From contig OZ024740.1 of the NCBI GenBank assembly GCA_964016885.1, positions 375,100,001 through 375,164,000 of the forward strand: 64,000 nucleotides of DNA, in the 5' to 3' direction. Shown here in pieces: positions 26,990-42,430 of this stretch (the first letter of the stretch is position 1; each line of letters opens with the position of its first letter). This stretch comes from Eledone cirrhosa (Eukaryota). A program made the translations under genes and the position numbers. The notes under the pieces are model-generated. The model did not search any database, was not told where the DNA came from, and saw only the letters and a program-made list of their open reading frames with translations.

Positions 26990-27575
26990 TAATCTGTACT
27001 CTACCAACATGCTAAAATAGAACACAAGGGTAAATTAGAGAACATAGAAATAAAAATAGAATCTACACACAGAAAAGACGCAATGTTTAGACAAATTACA
27101 GAGGCAATAAACATAAAAGAATTACAACCAAAATTAAATAGAAAATATGAGTGGAACAGCAACATCACAACTTACAATTAAGGACAAAATAAAAACACAC
27201 ACATAGAACAAACAACCAACCAGTAACATGTAAATAAACAAATAAATAAATGAACATAAACACACACAGACACCCGGATGTGGCGCATGCGCAGACTGAG
27301 CACACAACACACTCACATAAACAAAATGGCGTAGGACAGAACAAAGGAGAGGCACAAAAACAAAGAAAGGAATCCCCAGTCACTGAAGAGGTCACAGAGT
27401 GTGTGACGAAAGAACTATGACAATATATAAACAACTATCTGGTTGTGGAACCAACCAACCAACCAGAAATTTATAAATTTATGAATTTATTATAAATTTA
27501 TTATAATAAATTGAAGTGAAAGCAACTGGTGCGTGTGTTTCTTATTGGCAACATGACCCTCCCAAAGTATAACAA
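26990..27575 (+). mobile_element. 3' end and pLTR of the PLE-3 family
   Basis: Encodes LYQHAKIEH..RQITEA..QPKLN; near-identical to 51330-51940. Confidence 0.92.
27379..27421 (+). ncRNA. Type I hammerhead, family I
   Basis: GTCA CTGAAGA G GTCACA..TGTGAC GAAA GAAC TA TGAC; CUA site. Confidence 0.8.
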
Positions 27576-29379
27576 TATATATATATATACACATTTTATT
27601 CTATTCTTTCTTTCTTTATATCTGACACTGGGTGTCTTCTTGTCAATAATAGCTTATATATGTATGTCCCAAATAAAGAAATACGTACGAACACATACGA
27701 ACACACTCATACACATGTTCAGGCAAAGAAACACACATAAGTAGATCCCCCTTCCTTCTCTGGAAATATTCCTCAGCTTGAAACTTGATTTAATTTTTTT
27801 GAGCAATTCGTCTTCCAACTATAAAACAAATAATTAATTAGAAATCCGTTTTGTGTTTTGATTCATCTAAGTAATGCATTATCCTGAAGGTCTTACCTTT
27901 TAAACTTGTTGCAAAACCTGTTCACTTATTACTCTCATTCAAACTTTTGTTCTGATAGCATTATGTTAGATTCGAACGTTGGTAGATCATTCACTATGTC
28001 TTTGATCAGGAATGTAGTTATATTCCTCATTATATCGAATTCAGATTGTGTAAACATTAAATATAGATATACTGTCAAATGGAATAATAGAACATTCAAG
28101 CATCAATCTAATTTCCATTCCTTCCCTTTATTCCATTTTTTAAAGTATTCGACTTTTAAAGAATGACTGCATGTATGACTGCAAGAGTGACTGACTGTGT
28201 GATTAAATGATTTGATATGCATGCCTATAATGGTGGAGATATTACAGGTTCTTGCAAATCTACAATGGAGATGAGATGATAGTAGTTTCCAATTGTGTGT
28301 CACATTTTCTGTGAACGAATTTCAACAATCAGGTTAGGAGTTGTATTCTACTGTAACAATGCATGACCATGATACTGTTGTATTAAAATTCAGTGAAGTA
28401 AATCGGACCCAGGTTTTCATTGGTACTTTATTTTCTCGACAAGAAAGTAAAAAGGGTCCAGTTGACTTTGGTTTTGATTTAAGCACCGAACTAAATGAGC
28501 TAGAATATATACCAGAATATAGACGTCGGATTTATGATCATTTAAATCTAGTACACTGTCATTTGTATGTAATTTTCTTGTCTTTTGTGAGATTGATATT
28601 ACTACTATTTATAGTGCAATTGTTTTCCTGTCTAAACCGTATCAGTCACGTTAGAGAAGATATTAAAGCATATACCAGCATTTTTCGTTTGGCCAAATAC
28701 ATCTCAAATACATTCAAATATGAATTTTTCTAAATCAGTATTGTGTTAGTTGAGAGAGAGATTGGCGCGATTTTTAGTAGGATATTTGACCACTAGTGTT
28801 CTGTTTCCAAACGTTACATCAACTAACTTGAAATTATACATACTGGATTATCGATATCTCGTTTATGTATATTATATACCTGATACAGTGGACTTTCTAT
28901 ACGTAATAAATAAATCTTCCGATCCAAAATACCAGTGAATATTCCTTTAAATCTCACCAAGCTGATTAAATAAACATGATATTAAGGATGGATAATGTTG
29001 TCAAATGGGATGATATCGACTAGAATTAGGTTGCCAAAGTCTACATCACCACATGAAGTACACTTTTTCACTTTTCAATTTCCGAGATATGTTGATGGAT
29101 ATCCCAAAACTGTCTAAATAATTGAGATGCTATTAACACTAATAAAGTATTTTGGAATATGTATCATGTCTTGCATTTCCTGTGAATTGTTATGTAAAGA
29201 TTGCACTGTATTTAGATTAATTTATGTTCCTTAGCATTCCCAAAACATGTTCAATTTGAAATTGTTGAGTAATCAATTTCTTCTATATTCATATTTTGTG
29301 ACTAAAGTAGTGAAACAACATGTGTCCTTATATTCAATTAGGCATTCTTAGAGCAGGGCTGCCTTAACGCACTCGATAG

Positions 29380-30850
29380 TAAATTATGAGATATCCAATA
29401 CATTCATAAATGCTGCAAACCAACTCTTCAACATCTGTTGATTAAAATGTTCAAGCGTGTTTATATTTCGCTGGTATGCTAAATGCAGTTTCAGATGCAT
29501 ACAACAATGAAGACAATACACGTATCCTGTACATCTCTAACTTTGTATGAGTGAATATTCCACATATGCACCCATGTAATTTGCCAAAATAATGAGTTGA
29601 TATATTTAGCCGTAAAGACATTTCATCATCAAGGGCGATTGTCTTGCTTACTATGCTACCTAAATGCATAATTGTTTCAAAAACCTGCTATGTTTTTCCA
29701 TACATATAAATGCTAGATTGGGTGAAATTCTTGCCTGGAGTAAGTTGATACGTGAAAATTGTCTTAGCCTGACTGATTACCAGATACAATGCACTGCAGA
29801 ATACCAAATATGCATCCACCAGGTAGTGCAGGTCACTCTCAGATTGAGAAACAATGTGACAATCATCTACATACACAAAAATCACGTATTAAAGAAGTGT
29901 GAGTTTGGAGCCAAGTCTCTGATGTTAAACAACCTGCCCGTCAAAAGATAGTTGATTTACATTCTATGTATACAGTTCTCAAATTCTATAAAAAGAACAT
30001 ATAAAAGTACAATGGAAACAGTGTAGGTTCAGGTATATCCCCTTGATTTACCCTCTTTTCAATAGAAATGTGATCTGATGCCTGTCCAACTATATTAACA
30101 CAAGCTTACACATCTTCATGAAAACCTCTCCAAACTGATTCAAACTCATCAGGACAACGGGGCTAGGTGAGAATATTTCATATCCTCTCATCAAAAGCCA
30201 TTGTCAGCAATGATGTGATACTAATCTATTCCCTGTTCAAGGCCTCACAGAAAACATCATATATGTTGTCCCGCTGCCAATACAAAACCCACACTGCAAC
30301 CAAGGAATAACATTGGAATGATTTCTCAAGTAATCTGTTCAGCATGAGATTACACAAGACTTTTCTGACAACGGACAGGAGGCCTACCCGAGATAATTAT
30401 CACAATTATCCTTTGCCCTCATAAACAAAACCATCAATATTTCTAGTCATGGGAGAGGCTTTCCTACTCCTCAAACTTACGTATTAAGTTTATAAAAAGC
30501 CGAAGAAAGTTTTGATTCCACATATCAGTACTTCAGCACATATAGCATCCCTCAAGAGAGGCAATCCATTAATGAGTAGCTTTACAGACATTCGCCCTTC
30601 CTCTAAGTTGTGATCTTCTACTAGTTCATCATTTGTAGGCCAAGTAGGATTTCAGTCAGTAAATTTACCATTGACCAAAGAATGCTTATTCAAAAGGGTT
30701 CCATCTCAAAATGGGTCTCTGAAATATACATTGCCATTATGAGATTTCGAAGGTGCAACTGGAGACTAATATTGCATATAAATATGGCAATGCTGCGTGA
30801 TTGTGCTGCACATGTAACAGCTACTCCATTCCCGCAGCTATGTGTCCAGT
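29380..30850 (-). mobile_element. Decayed RTE-clade LINE RT
   Basis: GVNQG..PTLF, YVDDC..S..DL, HLGSIVS..LDDEMSLRL, TKLEMY..VLSSLLYASET. Confidence 0.8.
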
Positions 30851-33800
30851 GACAAGCCAAGGCCTGATAAGAAGACAGTTACGAAGATCGCATGTGTTAT
30901 TATCACGGAGTTTAACCTCTCCAGAAAGTGTAGCCGTACTCAACTCATTTAGCCAATGGCAGGTTGGTGATGCATTTAACCCACAGCTGGGGTGTATGGC
31001 AGTTGACTGTGGAGTTCATACGTCCTTTGACAGTTTGTCATGCTGCTGGGTTTTTACTTAGCTTCCTCACCAGACAAGGGTCTGATGGTAGATCTCGTTT
31101 AATCGCCAACAACTCGAAAATGGAACAAGTTGTACTGGAGTACATGGTACAAATATCAGGCAGAGACCTGACCTGGCAGAAACATACATACACACAATCA
31201 TACATACATACATACATACATAGATACATGCATACGTACATACATACGTACATACATACGTACATACATACACAGATCCATACATACATACATACACACA
31301 TACATAAATTTAGATGTGTCCCGGTCGATAACAGGAGTTCATGTGTAACATTGATATAATTTCAAGACAATATAAACTCTTACATTGCTCAACAAATTTT
31401 ATTTCAATTTTCATAACGATTTACCGACTGCAACCCTCAAAATTATGGATAAAGATATATCTATGTAAATATACATTTGCCAACATATTGCTGTGGCGGC
31501 GGATACTTTTGATGGTTTGGTATTATATCCACACCAATATTGATCGATCCACCAGATTTCCTTGGTCCATGTCAGTAAACAATAGATAAAATTTCCTTTC
31601 GATGTCATTAATATAATATACTTCAAACATTTAACCTATTCTCTGATCTCTCTCCCCTATATCAGTTTCTTTGAGATTTGCATAAGATCCTTCCGGGAAA
31701 GATATGCAAGGTTTCTATTCTTACTGTGGTGGAAATGTCGATTTGTTATAAAAGTGCTAAACTCTGTTACTATCTATGTTTCCAACCAAATGATTAAGCT
31801 TTATAGATGATACGTGATAAATCATAGAAATTTCATTAAAGAACGGTATTACTTGTACTATCAGTTACTTCACTGTGAACTTCCAATCCCTCACTATCTA
31901 ATCAAAGTTATCGTACCACACTAAATGTATTTATCTCTAACAGCTATATTTAAAAATGTGTCACGATACGATATAGAAGGCCATTTATATCTGCATTATT
32001 CTTTAATGCATTTACGAAATGTTTATTGACCAATTTATGTAACCTGTCTGCAGCTAGATCAGTTTCTATTACAAGCTTTTAGACAGAACATTTTCAAGGA
32101 GACTTCGGCATGTTTCTAGTTTTTTCCCTCTCTCACCATTTCCATTTACCCTATTCTCTCTGTATGTATATGTGTATGTATATATGTATGTATGTATACA
32201 TGTATGTATATACGTATGTATGTATATATGTATGCATGTAGCTATGAATGTATATTTGAATGTATGTAATCTAACGGTTAACTTGCTGCAATACAGACTT
32301 CGGTCGTTTTTGTATTGATGGGGTGAAGATGTTTCCCCAAATGAGGCATTTTACATACGTTTTACGATACCATTTTCAATTGGCATTTACCTACTTCTCA
32401 CGATATCATTCACACTGGCGTGGTTTGTAATCTAATCCTACATCTGAGACCAGATGTTAGGCCATCGTAAAACTAATAGATGTATCATGAGAACGCATAT
32501 ATTCATTCATCGCAGCTGATTCATGGTTTCTGGCAAAGAAAATAATTTATCTTAATTGCTTGGGTTCATTCTCTCTAGACATGGATCCTTCTAATATGAG
32601 GCTGTTCCTTGAAATTAAGATGCCACTGAAAGATCCCCATTGTTTGAGTTAAAGGAAGACCATACAAACGGAGACGACAGAGTCGAGAGCTATTTTGATA
32701 GGAACATTCCTAACGTGCGTCGAACAGCAGAGAAACTGCTGGACACAATTGGGGAGGCACATGAGATCAATCTCAAATGGGATAAATGCCTGTTCACAAA
32801 TCTAAATTCGTGTATATTTTCGATAGATCTCTCGTACATAGCATTTATAGAGACTATATAATTTATGTTAATCTTATAGGAAAAAAATCGTTTGTGTTCT
32901 GTTGATGATCGTCAATGTTCAACGTTCGTACAGGTTATATCTACTAAAGAAATATTCACATATATAACCAGAATTGAATTTTTATTTCATTATAATATAT
33001 TTTCACAAATTTAAACAGCTTGTTTTTTATCTTACACTATATGTTTATATGCATCTTTAATCGTTTGAAATACATAGAAATATTATATTAAATATGAAAG
33101 AAGCAACTAAATGTCCCCAATATATTTACAAATACTTCTCTTCACTTTTAAAACATTTCTGAATATATGAAAAGAAAGAAAACTATTTCCCTCGATTCCT
33201 TGGAATATGGAAATCTTGCTATTATTACAAAACGTATAGTAACATCATTCATTCTGCTATTTGAAAATGTATGAGATTATATGATAATTACAGATTAAAA
33301 CAACGTTGTAAAGTCAGTATATATTTAATTTCCGAGATGCCATAGGATATATCTCTAAGATGTCTACATTACATTTCAATATATGTATTTCATGGTGCAT
33401 TTATTAAGAATATAAATACGATATAATCAATTGACAATTAATTCTCTAAGCATATAGCATTATGTTTCTTTGTGAATGTGTATAACGGCATTAAAAAAAA
33501 CATATATCTCAGTATTTTACACACTTTGTTTTAACTACACATAATAATACATACAAGAAGAAGAATGTCTTTAGTAAATATTTACTTTCAGTATTTAAAC
33601 AGATCGAACATAACTTCATAAGCTTACATAGCTTTCGTTATCTAAATTCAACGTATGTAGTTTATAAAATAAAACAGTAGCAGATGGCCTATATTAATTC
33701 TCCATTGTTTCACACATGGTCACATTAGAAGGGATACTAACATTTATTCTTATCTCCAGTAATAGTGCATTTATTTAACTCCTCGTACATGTCCATTACC

Positions 33801-34895
33801 TATAAGCATGAGTTTACATAGCAGCTTTTGAACAAAATAAATATCATGTGAAGGAAGTTCTACCACATGGTTGTAACCGCATTGGTAAGGTCTTTCTTTG
33901 GAAATCAGTTTTGCTAAAAGGATAATAATCACTATAAATACATTCCACGATTTATCGGCAATATATGACTGTTTTAAAATAACTTCACATTCTAATTAGA
34001 TAGTTTTCAGTCAAATTAATAGTTATCACTTTCCATTAACCGTCTTAACTGTTGTTGTTTTTGTTGGTGTTGGTGGTGTTGGTGGTGGTAGTGTCGGTTG
34101 CCTCATCACAAACGGAACTGAACAACACTAGGATCAAAAGAATCAGTACCACAGCACACACCCTGTCAGTATCAGTGGTGTTTTGTTTCTAAAATCGTAT
34201 TATACAATGAATTTTTCCATTGTCATGGATAGGCTTTGCTTTAAGAGATGTTTGCTGAATATATACGGCAATATATGCAACCACCAAAACGTTTGCTTAT
34301 AATCATGATCTCCATGAAAATTGAAATAAAACTAAGAGAAGAGCTTACTCAGAAAAACCCCTTGTGGGCTGCCTTCATTCAAGATGGTGCAAAATCCTAT
34401 AAAGTGAATCCTATAGATTGAAACAATGAAAAAAAGATTGGTTCGAAATAAACCAATTGTATTTACCATGATGAATTTGCCTATTCACCGATATTTGTAT
34501 TTAAAGTTTAAAGTAGACGATAATAATCTTTACAATTACCAAGAAGTATTTGTCACAAATTTACAGTTGTTCACATCTTGGGTAAACTTTTCTGTATAGT
34601 TATTTTAAATTCTATAAATATATTTCAATGTACATTCTTCATGTTACTTGTCTTGCCTTTTCATATGTAACGTTATCATTCTGCATTTATCTGTATATGT
34701 ACGACACAATATATTTAGTTTTTACAATTGTATGTAGAAATATTTGCAGCTAAACATATTCTGTAGGTCGTTCTTTCCTATTATATTATGTTGCATACGT
34801 TGGATTCAGATGAGCAGTAACTACAAATGTCTAATTAACAAACATACCAAAACGCTCGGCATTGTATGCGCCTACACACACAAACATAGACAGGG

Positions 34896-34953
<58 letters not shown>

Positions 34954-34999
34954 TATATACGCACACATATATTTATATATATATATATATATAAACTAT

Positions 35000-35075
<76 letters not shown>

Positions 35076-35098
35076 TATATATACACACACACACACAT

Positions 35099-35266
<168 letters not shown>

Positions 35267-35437
35267 ATACACACTATTCAAATAAAACTCAAAACATTAA
35301 GTTTGAATATGTCACTATATGTAAAAGAACATTTGTATTTTATCTGATGTGGGCGTACCAAAGTGTTGGTACCGTTGAAATATATATAATAAAATAAATA
35401 TGGTTTTATAAATATAGTTTCGATTTATTAATATTAT

Positions 35438-35567
<130 letters not shown>

Positions 35568-35675
35568 ATAAACTATACACACACACACACACACACATAT
35601 ATATATGTATATGTATATATATATATCTATATATATATATATATATATACACTATATATACACACACACACACAT

Positions 35676-35835
<160 letters not shown>

Positions 35836-37199
35836 ATGTGCGTGTGTGTGTGTAAATAAACTCACATATGTATAAGTATATGTTGATTAGTCATGCTAAT
35901 TTGAAGTTCCACTCACAAGGAAGATTGCGTTCGCCTAACAAAGGAACATCGAAGCTTCGACGTTGTTTGATGACGTTCATTTTCAATGCACACACATCTA
36001 TGCCCTCTCTTTTCTGTACTATGAACGGAATACACCAACAGAGCTGCTTGAAACCATTCTTATATCATAGAAAATGAATATGATATTTGGAAAATTCAGC
36101 AACGAAGTGCAAATAGTTTTTCTGGGAATTAAATAACATCAATGGTTCAGATCAAGCTTAGAAATATATACACTTATACAAAATTATACAACCAAACTCG
36201 GAGACATAGAAACACTCACGCATACGCATACTCCCTGATACATATTAATTCAGACTCTTACACATAGTTACTTCCATAAATATATAACGTTTTATATGCC
36301 CATATTTTAGTTTGTAATTTTGTATCATATTATATTTAATTATATCATTAAATTCTAGCCGCAAGATCAAACATACTTTGTGTTTTTACAATCCAACTAT
36401 GTTATAAGAATAGATCATACCCCGACAATTAGTAACTGCTTTACCCAATGTGAGTGAGGTATATTAGTCAGATCGGCTGGCGCAATTGATATTTGTAATA
36501 ATTATTTTCGACTAAGTAATAGCCGGCCTATGGTTGTATATCTATTGAAAAAGTCGTTTGGCGTGTAAGGGTGACTGTGTGTGCATCTAGCTATTGTAAA
36601 TTATGTTTTGTGAATGCTGTCTCAAGTTGGATGGAAAATACGATCCTGATTTAAGAGTAAGTAAAATAAGAATTACAATACGAAACATTAATATTTACCT
36701 ATTGTCATTTTATGAAGCAAAATACTCGAACTGAAAAATGTGTGTGTTGATTCTCTCTCTTTCAGGCACTGCTTCAGCCTCTCTCTTTCTCCACATTTCT
36801 CACTATTATATGCAAATGATAATGTCGCACTGGCCGCCCTGCGGTCTCAGCCGACGTTTCCCCCCGAGGATGGCGAGGGGGACGCGTTTGAAGAGTAAAT
36901 CCAGTCGCGAGTCTCATACCTGCAAATAGCCAACTCCGTGCACATGGTGGTGAGTAAGGAGGTGCTCCTTGGGCCATGAACCCCAGAAGTCTCCTTATGT
37001 TTCATTTTTTTGTTAGAACATATTTATCAAATGTAACGAATAAAAGATGGAGAACCTTGTTCTTATGACCTGGCCTTTACTGTTCGGGGATGTCGGTCAG
37101 TTAATAAGGGTTTCATGCGTAAACTGGTCACAGTAGCCATGCCGCCCAACGTAATTAAGATTTGAGGTTAATAATAGGTTTATATTTGTTGATAAGATA

Positions 37200-38065
37200 G
37201 GTGTGGTCAACGTTGTGACTGGAGGCAATCATTGCCCTCGACCAGTCGGGCAATGCTGTCAGTGGGAAATAGAATTCTATAGAGAGCTAGTGGTTGGCAA
37301 GTTCTACGATGCTCTTGGAGAGAGTCAAGGAATCTACGAAATCGAATTAACCTGTCTGTTCCGGAGGACCTATGAACCGAAATCTCTGGTTGGCTAGTGA
37401 TACCGGAGGGAGGACAACCGGTTCGAGATAAATTCAACAGGCACGGGAGTATAGTCAGAAGCACCTCTCCGAGATGCAGGCAGAGCAACGAAACTGGTCG
37501 GCGCGAACTAATGTATTGTCCGTGCTTTACTGGCTTATGCGGGTTGGTACGTGTATGCCGGATCCGGCTATCCAATTGGAAGTGCAGGCAAGTTTCCTCA
37601 CTCTGGTGGCCGTAGCAAAAGAGTTTGTGTGCTGACAAGTCTGAAAGAACAGAAGACAGACACATTTCCTTATCAACTTTTTTCAAGTTTCACATGGAAA
37701 AGAATTTGGGGGTGGAGAGATAAATTCTTCCCCCAATCCATACATTTGTTAACAAGTGGCTTAATGTAAGGAATATGGCACCGATCAATGGACCTATACT
37801 AACTATGGACCTGTTGACTGGCTAGTTTGGAAAGGAGGAGACGAGTGCTCTTCTATGTTACTCTTGGTGAGTAGAGTGGTTTATGATTTGTGGGGAACCT
37901 GAGTCACCCCTAATGGTGCTCCGCACCGCAACTAGGGTGTTTTCATTGTTCTAATTGTATTGTTTTTTTGTTATTGTTATAACATTTTTACTCGATTTCG
38001 TTGTAAAACCCCACTGTAGCTGTTTTTTTTATATTGTCCCCTATATGTCTGTCGTTGTGGCTAAT
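37200..38065 (+). mobile_element. Decayed 3' end of an L1/Tx1-like LINE (C-terminal zinc-knuckle region)
   Basis: PVRDKFNRHG..SPRC..ET..LMYCP resembles the L1/Tx1 CxxC..ET..H..C motif. Confidence 0.6.
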
Positions 38066-38132
38066 AAAGTAATTAAGGTTGTTAATTGTATTAGTAATAG
38101 CTGTTGTAGTAGTAATAAAGGTTTATGATTTA

Positions 38133-38285
38133 GGCACATGGGAAACAATTTGGGGGGAGGAGAAAGTCAATTAATTCGGCCCCATTGCATTACTGGTACT
38201 TTATTCATTGATCCCTTAAGAGAGAAAAGCAAAGCTAACCTCAGCGGGATTTGAATCCAGAATGTAAAGGGAAGTAAAGCATACA
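38133..38285 (-). mobile_element. SINE fragment
   Basis: TACTGGTACTTTATT..GCAAAGCTAACCTCAGCGGGATTTGAA. Confidence 0.75.
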
Positions 38286-38324
38286 GTTGTAGTAGGAGTA
38301 GCAACATCAGAAATAGCAGGTGTA

Positions 38325-38563
38325 ACAGCAGCAGCAGCAGGAGCAGCAGTAGTAGTAGTAGTAGTAGTGGTGGTGGTGATGGTGGTAGTAGTGATAGTGG
38401 TGGTAGTAGTAGTAGTAGTACTATTAGTAGTAGTAGTAGTAGAAGTAGCAGCTGCAGCAGCACCAGCAACATTAACAGTAGTAGTAGTAGTAGTACTAGT
38501 AGTAGTAACAACAACAACAACAGCAGCAACATCAGCAGCAGTAGTAGCTGCACAAGCAGCAGC

Positions 38564-38613
<50 letters not shown>

Positions 38614-38640
38614 CAGTAGTAGTAGTAGTATTAGTATCAT
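38325..38640. repeat. (AGT/AGC)n trinucleotide repeat
   Basis: Visible; produces the poly-L and poly-V ORFs. Confidence 0.95.
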
Positions 38641-39121
38641 CTTCATCATCAAAGCCACTATTAATGTTATCGACACCAGTATTGTTATTTATGTTTCTAC
38701 TCGTTTCTATTATGTTATATTTTACATATATGTTGTACTATCTAAACAGTATGATACTTCATTAATATTTACGATGTTCAGGAAATAACATTCTATGCCT
38801 CATGTCATTAATAACGAAATTTAAAAAAGAATCGATGTATACTAACGAAGGTCATGGAATATAAACTAATATATCATGTACTACCTGAAACGTAGATGAA
38901 TTTTAATCTTACCACATATATTGATATTTCCAATGGAATTACTATTAACATTAGTAAGGTAAATCGAGGCAGTTATATTTATAAAGAAGATCATCACATG
39001 ACACACTGCGATGTCCCGGATTCCTGCATATTTGTCATGTAATTCGGATATGACTTGTTTTTGTTATTTCTATTTTTCATGTGCTGATAGACTTCAACAA
39101 CATATGTAGAGAGTAAGGAGT

Positions 39122-39217
39122 TTCTTCTTCTTCTTCTTCTTCTTCTTCTTCTTCTTCTTCTTCTTCTTCTTCTTCTTCTTCTTCTTCTTCTTCTTCTTCT
39201 TCTTCTTCTTCTTCTTC
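39122..39217. repeat. (TTC)n microsatellite
   Basis: Visible; produces the poly-R ORF. Confidence 0.97.
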
Positions 39218-39235
39218 TATTATTATTATCATTAT

Positions 39236-39335
39236 CGAGGTTAACTTTGCCTTTCATCCTCACGAGGTCGATAAAATAAAGTACCAGAAAGATACTGTGT
39301 AATTGCTGGCCTTGTGCCAAAAGTAGAAACAATTA
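39236..39335 (+). mobile_element. 5'-truncated SINE
   Basis: CGAGGTTAACTTTGCCTTTCATCC..GTCGATAAAATAAAGTACCAG..GGCCTTGTGCC. Confidence 0.8.
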
Positions 39336-39549
39336 TTATTATCATTGGCTGTCAGAGAGTGAAGACGTGTTATTGTGAGCTCCGCAAGGTAGTGTATGTT
39401 CAAGACTATTACTCTGTATTAATTGATGTATGTTTTTAAAGGATTGTAATACTCTGTCCTTGTCCTGTGAAGGGGTGACCTTATATTATTTGTGCCTTTT
39501 GGCACAAATATTTGGATATTCCAACTAGATTATGTTTCATTTTTCTTGA

Positions 39550-41230
39550 AACATCATGGATGACACATGCCCTACCGCGAAACATTGGGTCTGTTGTCTC
39601 GTGAGGGTGACTTAAAAGCTGAAGAGGGGATAGCGAAACATGAACAAGCATCGTTGGGGATACAAAAGATTTAACAGTTCGAAACACAACATATAACAAC
39701 ATAATTATCAACACCACTAACAACGACATGGACAATGACAGCATCAACAATAACAACAAAAGAAATGTAGAACACTGCGGTAACGAAAACTCCAAGGGCA
39801 ACAATGTAATTAAAACCAATAACATCAACTGCAACAACGAAAACAATAGCAGCTTAAGAACTGCACCAAGAAAATACAAACACCAACTACAACAGCCATA
39901 ATAGCAGCACAAACAACATGAGCAACTTTGAAAGCAAGAACAACAATAACGTGAACAAATACGCATACGTAGCTGTGGCTGCAAAAACCAAAATATTTTA
40001 CCAAGTGGATATTACCGACAAAGAGTAAGAGTTGACCCATGATTGGAAACTGATTAAGCAAGAAAGAACCGGACGAAGCAATAGCAACAACACAAAGGAT
40101 AACTTTGTATTATAAGTGTATTTCAGTGCAGTAATGTAAAGCGGAACTCGCCACACAGGCAGACGCCGAAGCTGCACTGAAATACATCAAGTATGACATA
40201 GAATACAAAGCAAGGGTCAGACAATTCGGTATGGTCTGGGTTCTGTTAAAAGCCGAGCACCTTGCTATTAAATATTCAGTGGCCCCCTGTATAACTGACA
40301 GCATAGTAATGTACCTGTACAATATGTGAACAAGGAATATAAAGGTCCGTATTCCAAAGTTGTCGCCAGTACTAAATCTATGTGTGCTCCTGGGGTTTGT
40401 AATCGAGGGAGGAAGTGATGATACCCTCGTAGATGTGAAAAAACGTCTAGAAAGGACTGATCCGTGATGGATTTGGTGATTCTTATCCAAATAAAATCAG
40501 AACTTAAAAATGCATTCAGTGCGGGTCCACCACACAAGTGTTCACAAAAAAATCCACACATCACACACAAAACCAACACAAGAAACTGCAGACACCACAC
40601 ACAACAAAGGCAAGGCCTTCCACAACACCCACAACCATCACGACCATCACCATAATCCCCCAAACAACCGCAACAAATACAAGATCAAAACAAAATATAA
40701 CGTCGACAAGGAATTGATGGCATGAATGCAAGCCACAGAAAATACGTGGGAAATTTTCGGCACCAGCACGTTTGGCGTATCTGAAGATCTATCGATTGCA
40801 TATATGTCAATCTATGTAGATAAAGAGATAGGGAAGAATATGAAGTCCCACACCAAAGGTGTTCCGAAAGGAAAACGACAACAGAGGAAGTTGAATAACC
40901 CGAGCTCAACAAGCCCTCGAGAGGTAAGTAAACCTTTCTTCTTCTCCTTTAGCCTGCCAACATGGTCATCCTAAGAGTAGAATGTTTAAACGTTTGTGGC
41001 CTGATGTCGTCCTGGAAGCAAGGACCCATGGTAAATGACGTCAGGGCACTAGATATGGATGTGACTACCGTCAGTCGGATCAGGATTTCCAACACGTGGG
41101 CAGTAGCCCCCATTTTTCGCCACTATAATATCTTAACATTTCTGGCTCGGCCTGAGACTCTAGCGGATTTCAATCCCTACCTAAATGGCCTATCACCTTT
41201 CTCGCCGGCCGATGCAAAAGATCGTTGAAT
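39550..41230 (+). mobile_element. Decayed L1/Tx1-like LINE 5' part (ORF1 relic and start of the AP-endonuclease)
   Basis: 40962 ORF LRVECLNVCGL..KQG..DMDV resembles the APE N-terminus (LNVRGL..D); the 5' boundary is uncertain. Confidence 0.55.
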
Positions 41231-41299
41231 TCAGCCGAATAGGAATGGCTCCATTTCAACTTCTTGTGGAATAGACCGATTTCGTTGGTGAAGCTGTCT

Positions 41300-42430
41300 A
41301 TTTGCTGCTAGTAACCTCTATGCGGAGGTTTAGGCATGCCGGGGCTAACGGTGCCCAAACATTCACTGATGTTGCGGTATCTCCAGCTATTCTGAATACA
41401 CGATGACAGGAGTTGTCGCCGTGTGTGAGACAGGCCTTTCGAGGTATTCAGCACATTATAAGGAAACATGAAAGGTTGACAGGAGCAAAACTGAACACCC
41501 AAAAGTGTATTTGCAGCTCGATTTGGATTTTATACCTATCGCTTTTACTGTGATGACCGCTCTCCGAAGCTGGTGCATTTAAATAGGTACATTATGACTT
41601 GGCAACAAATCTATCCAGTGCATGTAGAGATCACTTTCCGACGTCTTCTAGTATCAGCGTAGTGATACTACACCGACCGTCAGTTATACTAGTTCCAACC
41701 GAGCTGCCATTGTCAATACCTTTCATGAAGACTATTAAATACTTTTCCTTGGGGCAAGCCGACGCCTTTGTTGAATGGTTTCGAGGATGTTTATCGGTCC
41801 AATGTTTTTGAATTGGCAATATTTATCCGGACACAAATAATAAGGTATCCTTATAGAGACTTCTGTCCAAGAAGAAGCTTTCTATCGATCCTATATTCCT
41901 GCAGATCTTTCCATAACAAGTCCTGTGGACGCGACCATATGCCTTTTCCCATTTCATGGAACAAGCATACACCTCTTAACAATAATCCCTCGATTACTCG
42001 AAGCTGCAACATAATGAATATTTGGACAGTTGTGCTATCATGGACTAAATTCACACTATAGATGAACATGTTTCGTCTCGACAATATATCTACATCTCTT
42101 TGCCAGACACTTGGCATATAAATTACTGGTGTCGCGTATCAAGGATGTTCCTCTACAATTACATCAATCTCTCTTGTCACCCGTTTTGGAAATTAGGATG
42201 ATCATTCCCTATTGCCATGCTTTGGGGGACTTTCCAGAGATAAAGACCATGCGGCACACACGAGTCAGTAAACAGATACCTTCTATATATAAGTCTTTAG
42301 CATTCTCAGGCCGAATGTCATCCTGCCCAACGACCTTACCATATTTAAGGGATGTAATTGATATGCTATCCTTATCCACTAAAAGTTTAATCTGTGACCC
42401 TATATTGACCTCATGCACATATTATTTCTA
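41300..42430 (-). mobile_element. Decayed RTE-clade LINE RT
   Basis: LKYGKVVGQDDIRPE, WQ*GMII.I.K.GD, CNCRG.SL match the RTE GKA.G.D.I.PE and NYRGISL motifs. Confidence 0.8.

Noticed and set aside
27890-28350. Minus-strand exon with a cadherin-like DIVNDLPTF stretch
   Set aside because: Stops in all frames and no other cadherin motifs.
36766-36950. Exon-like segment with a TTTCAG acceptor and GTGAGT donor
   Set aside because: All three frames contain stops, and it adjoins a LINE relic.
39612-39652. CTGAAGA..GAAACATG as a hammerhead
   Set aside because: Stems I and II do not pair, there is no NUH, and it lies in LINE-derived sequence.
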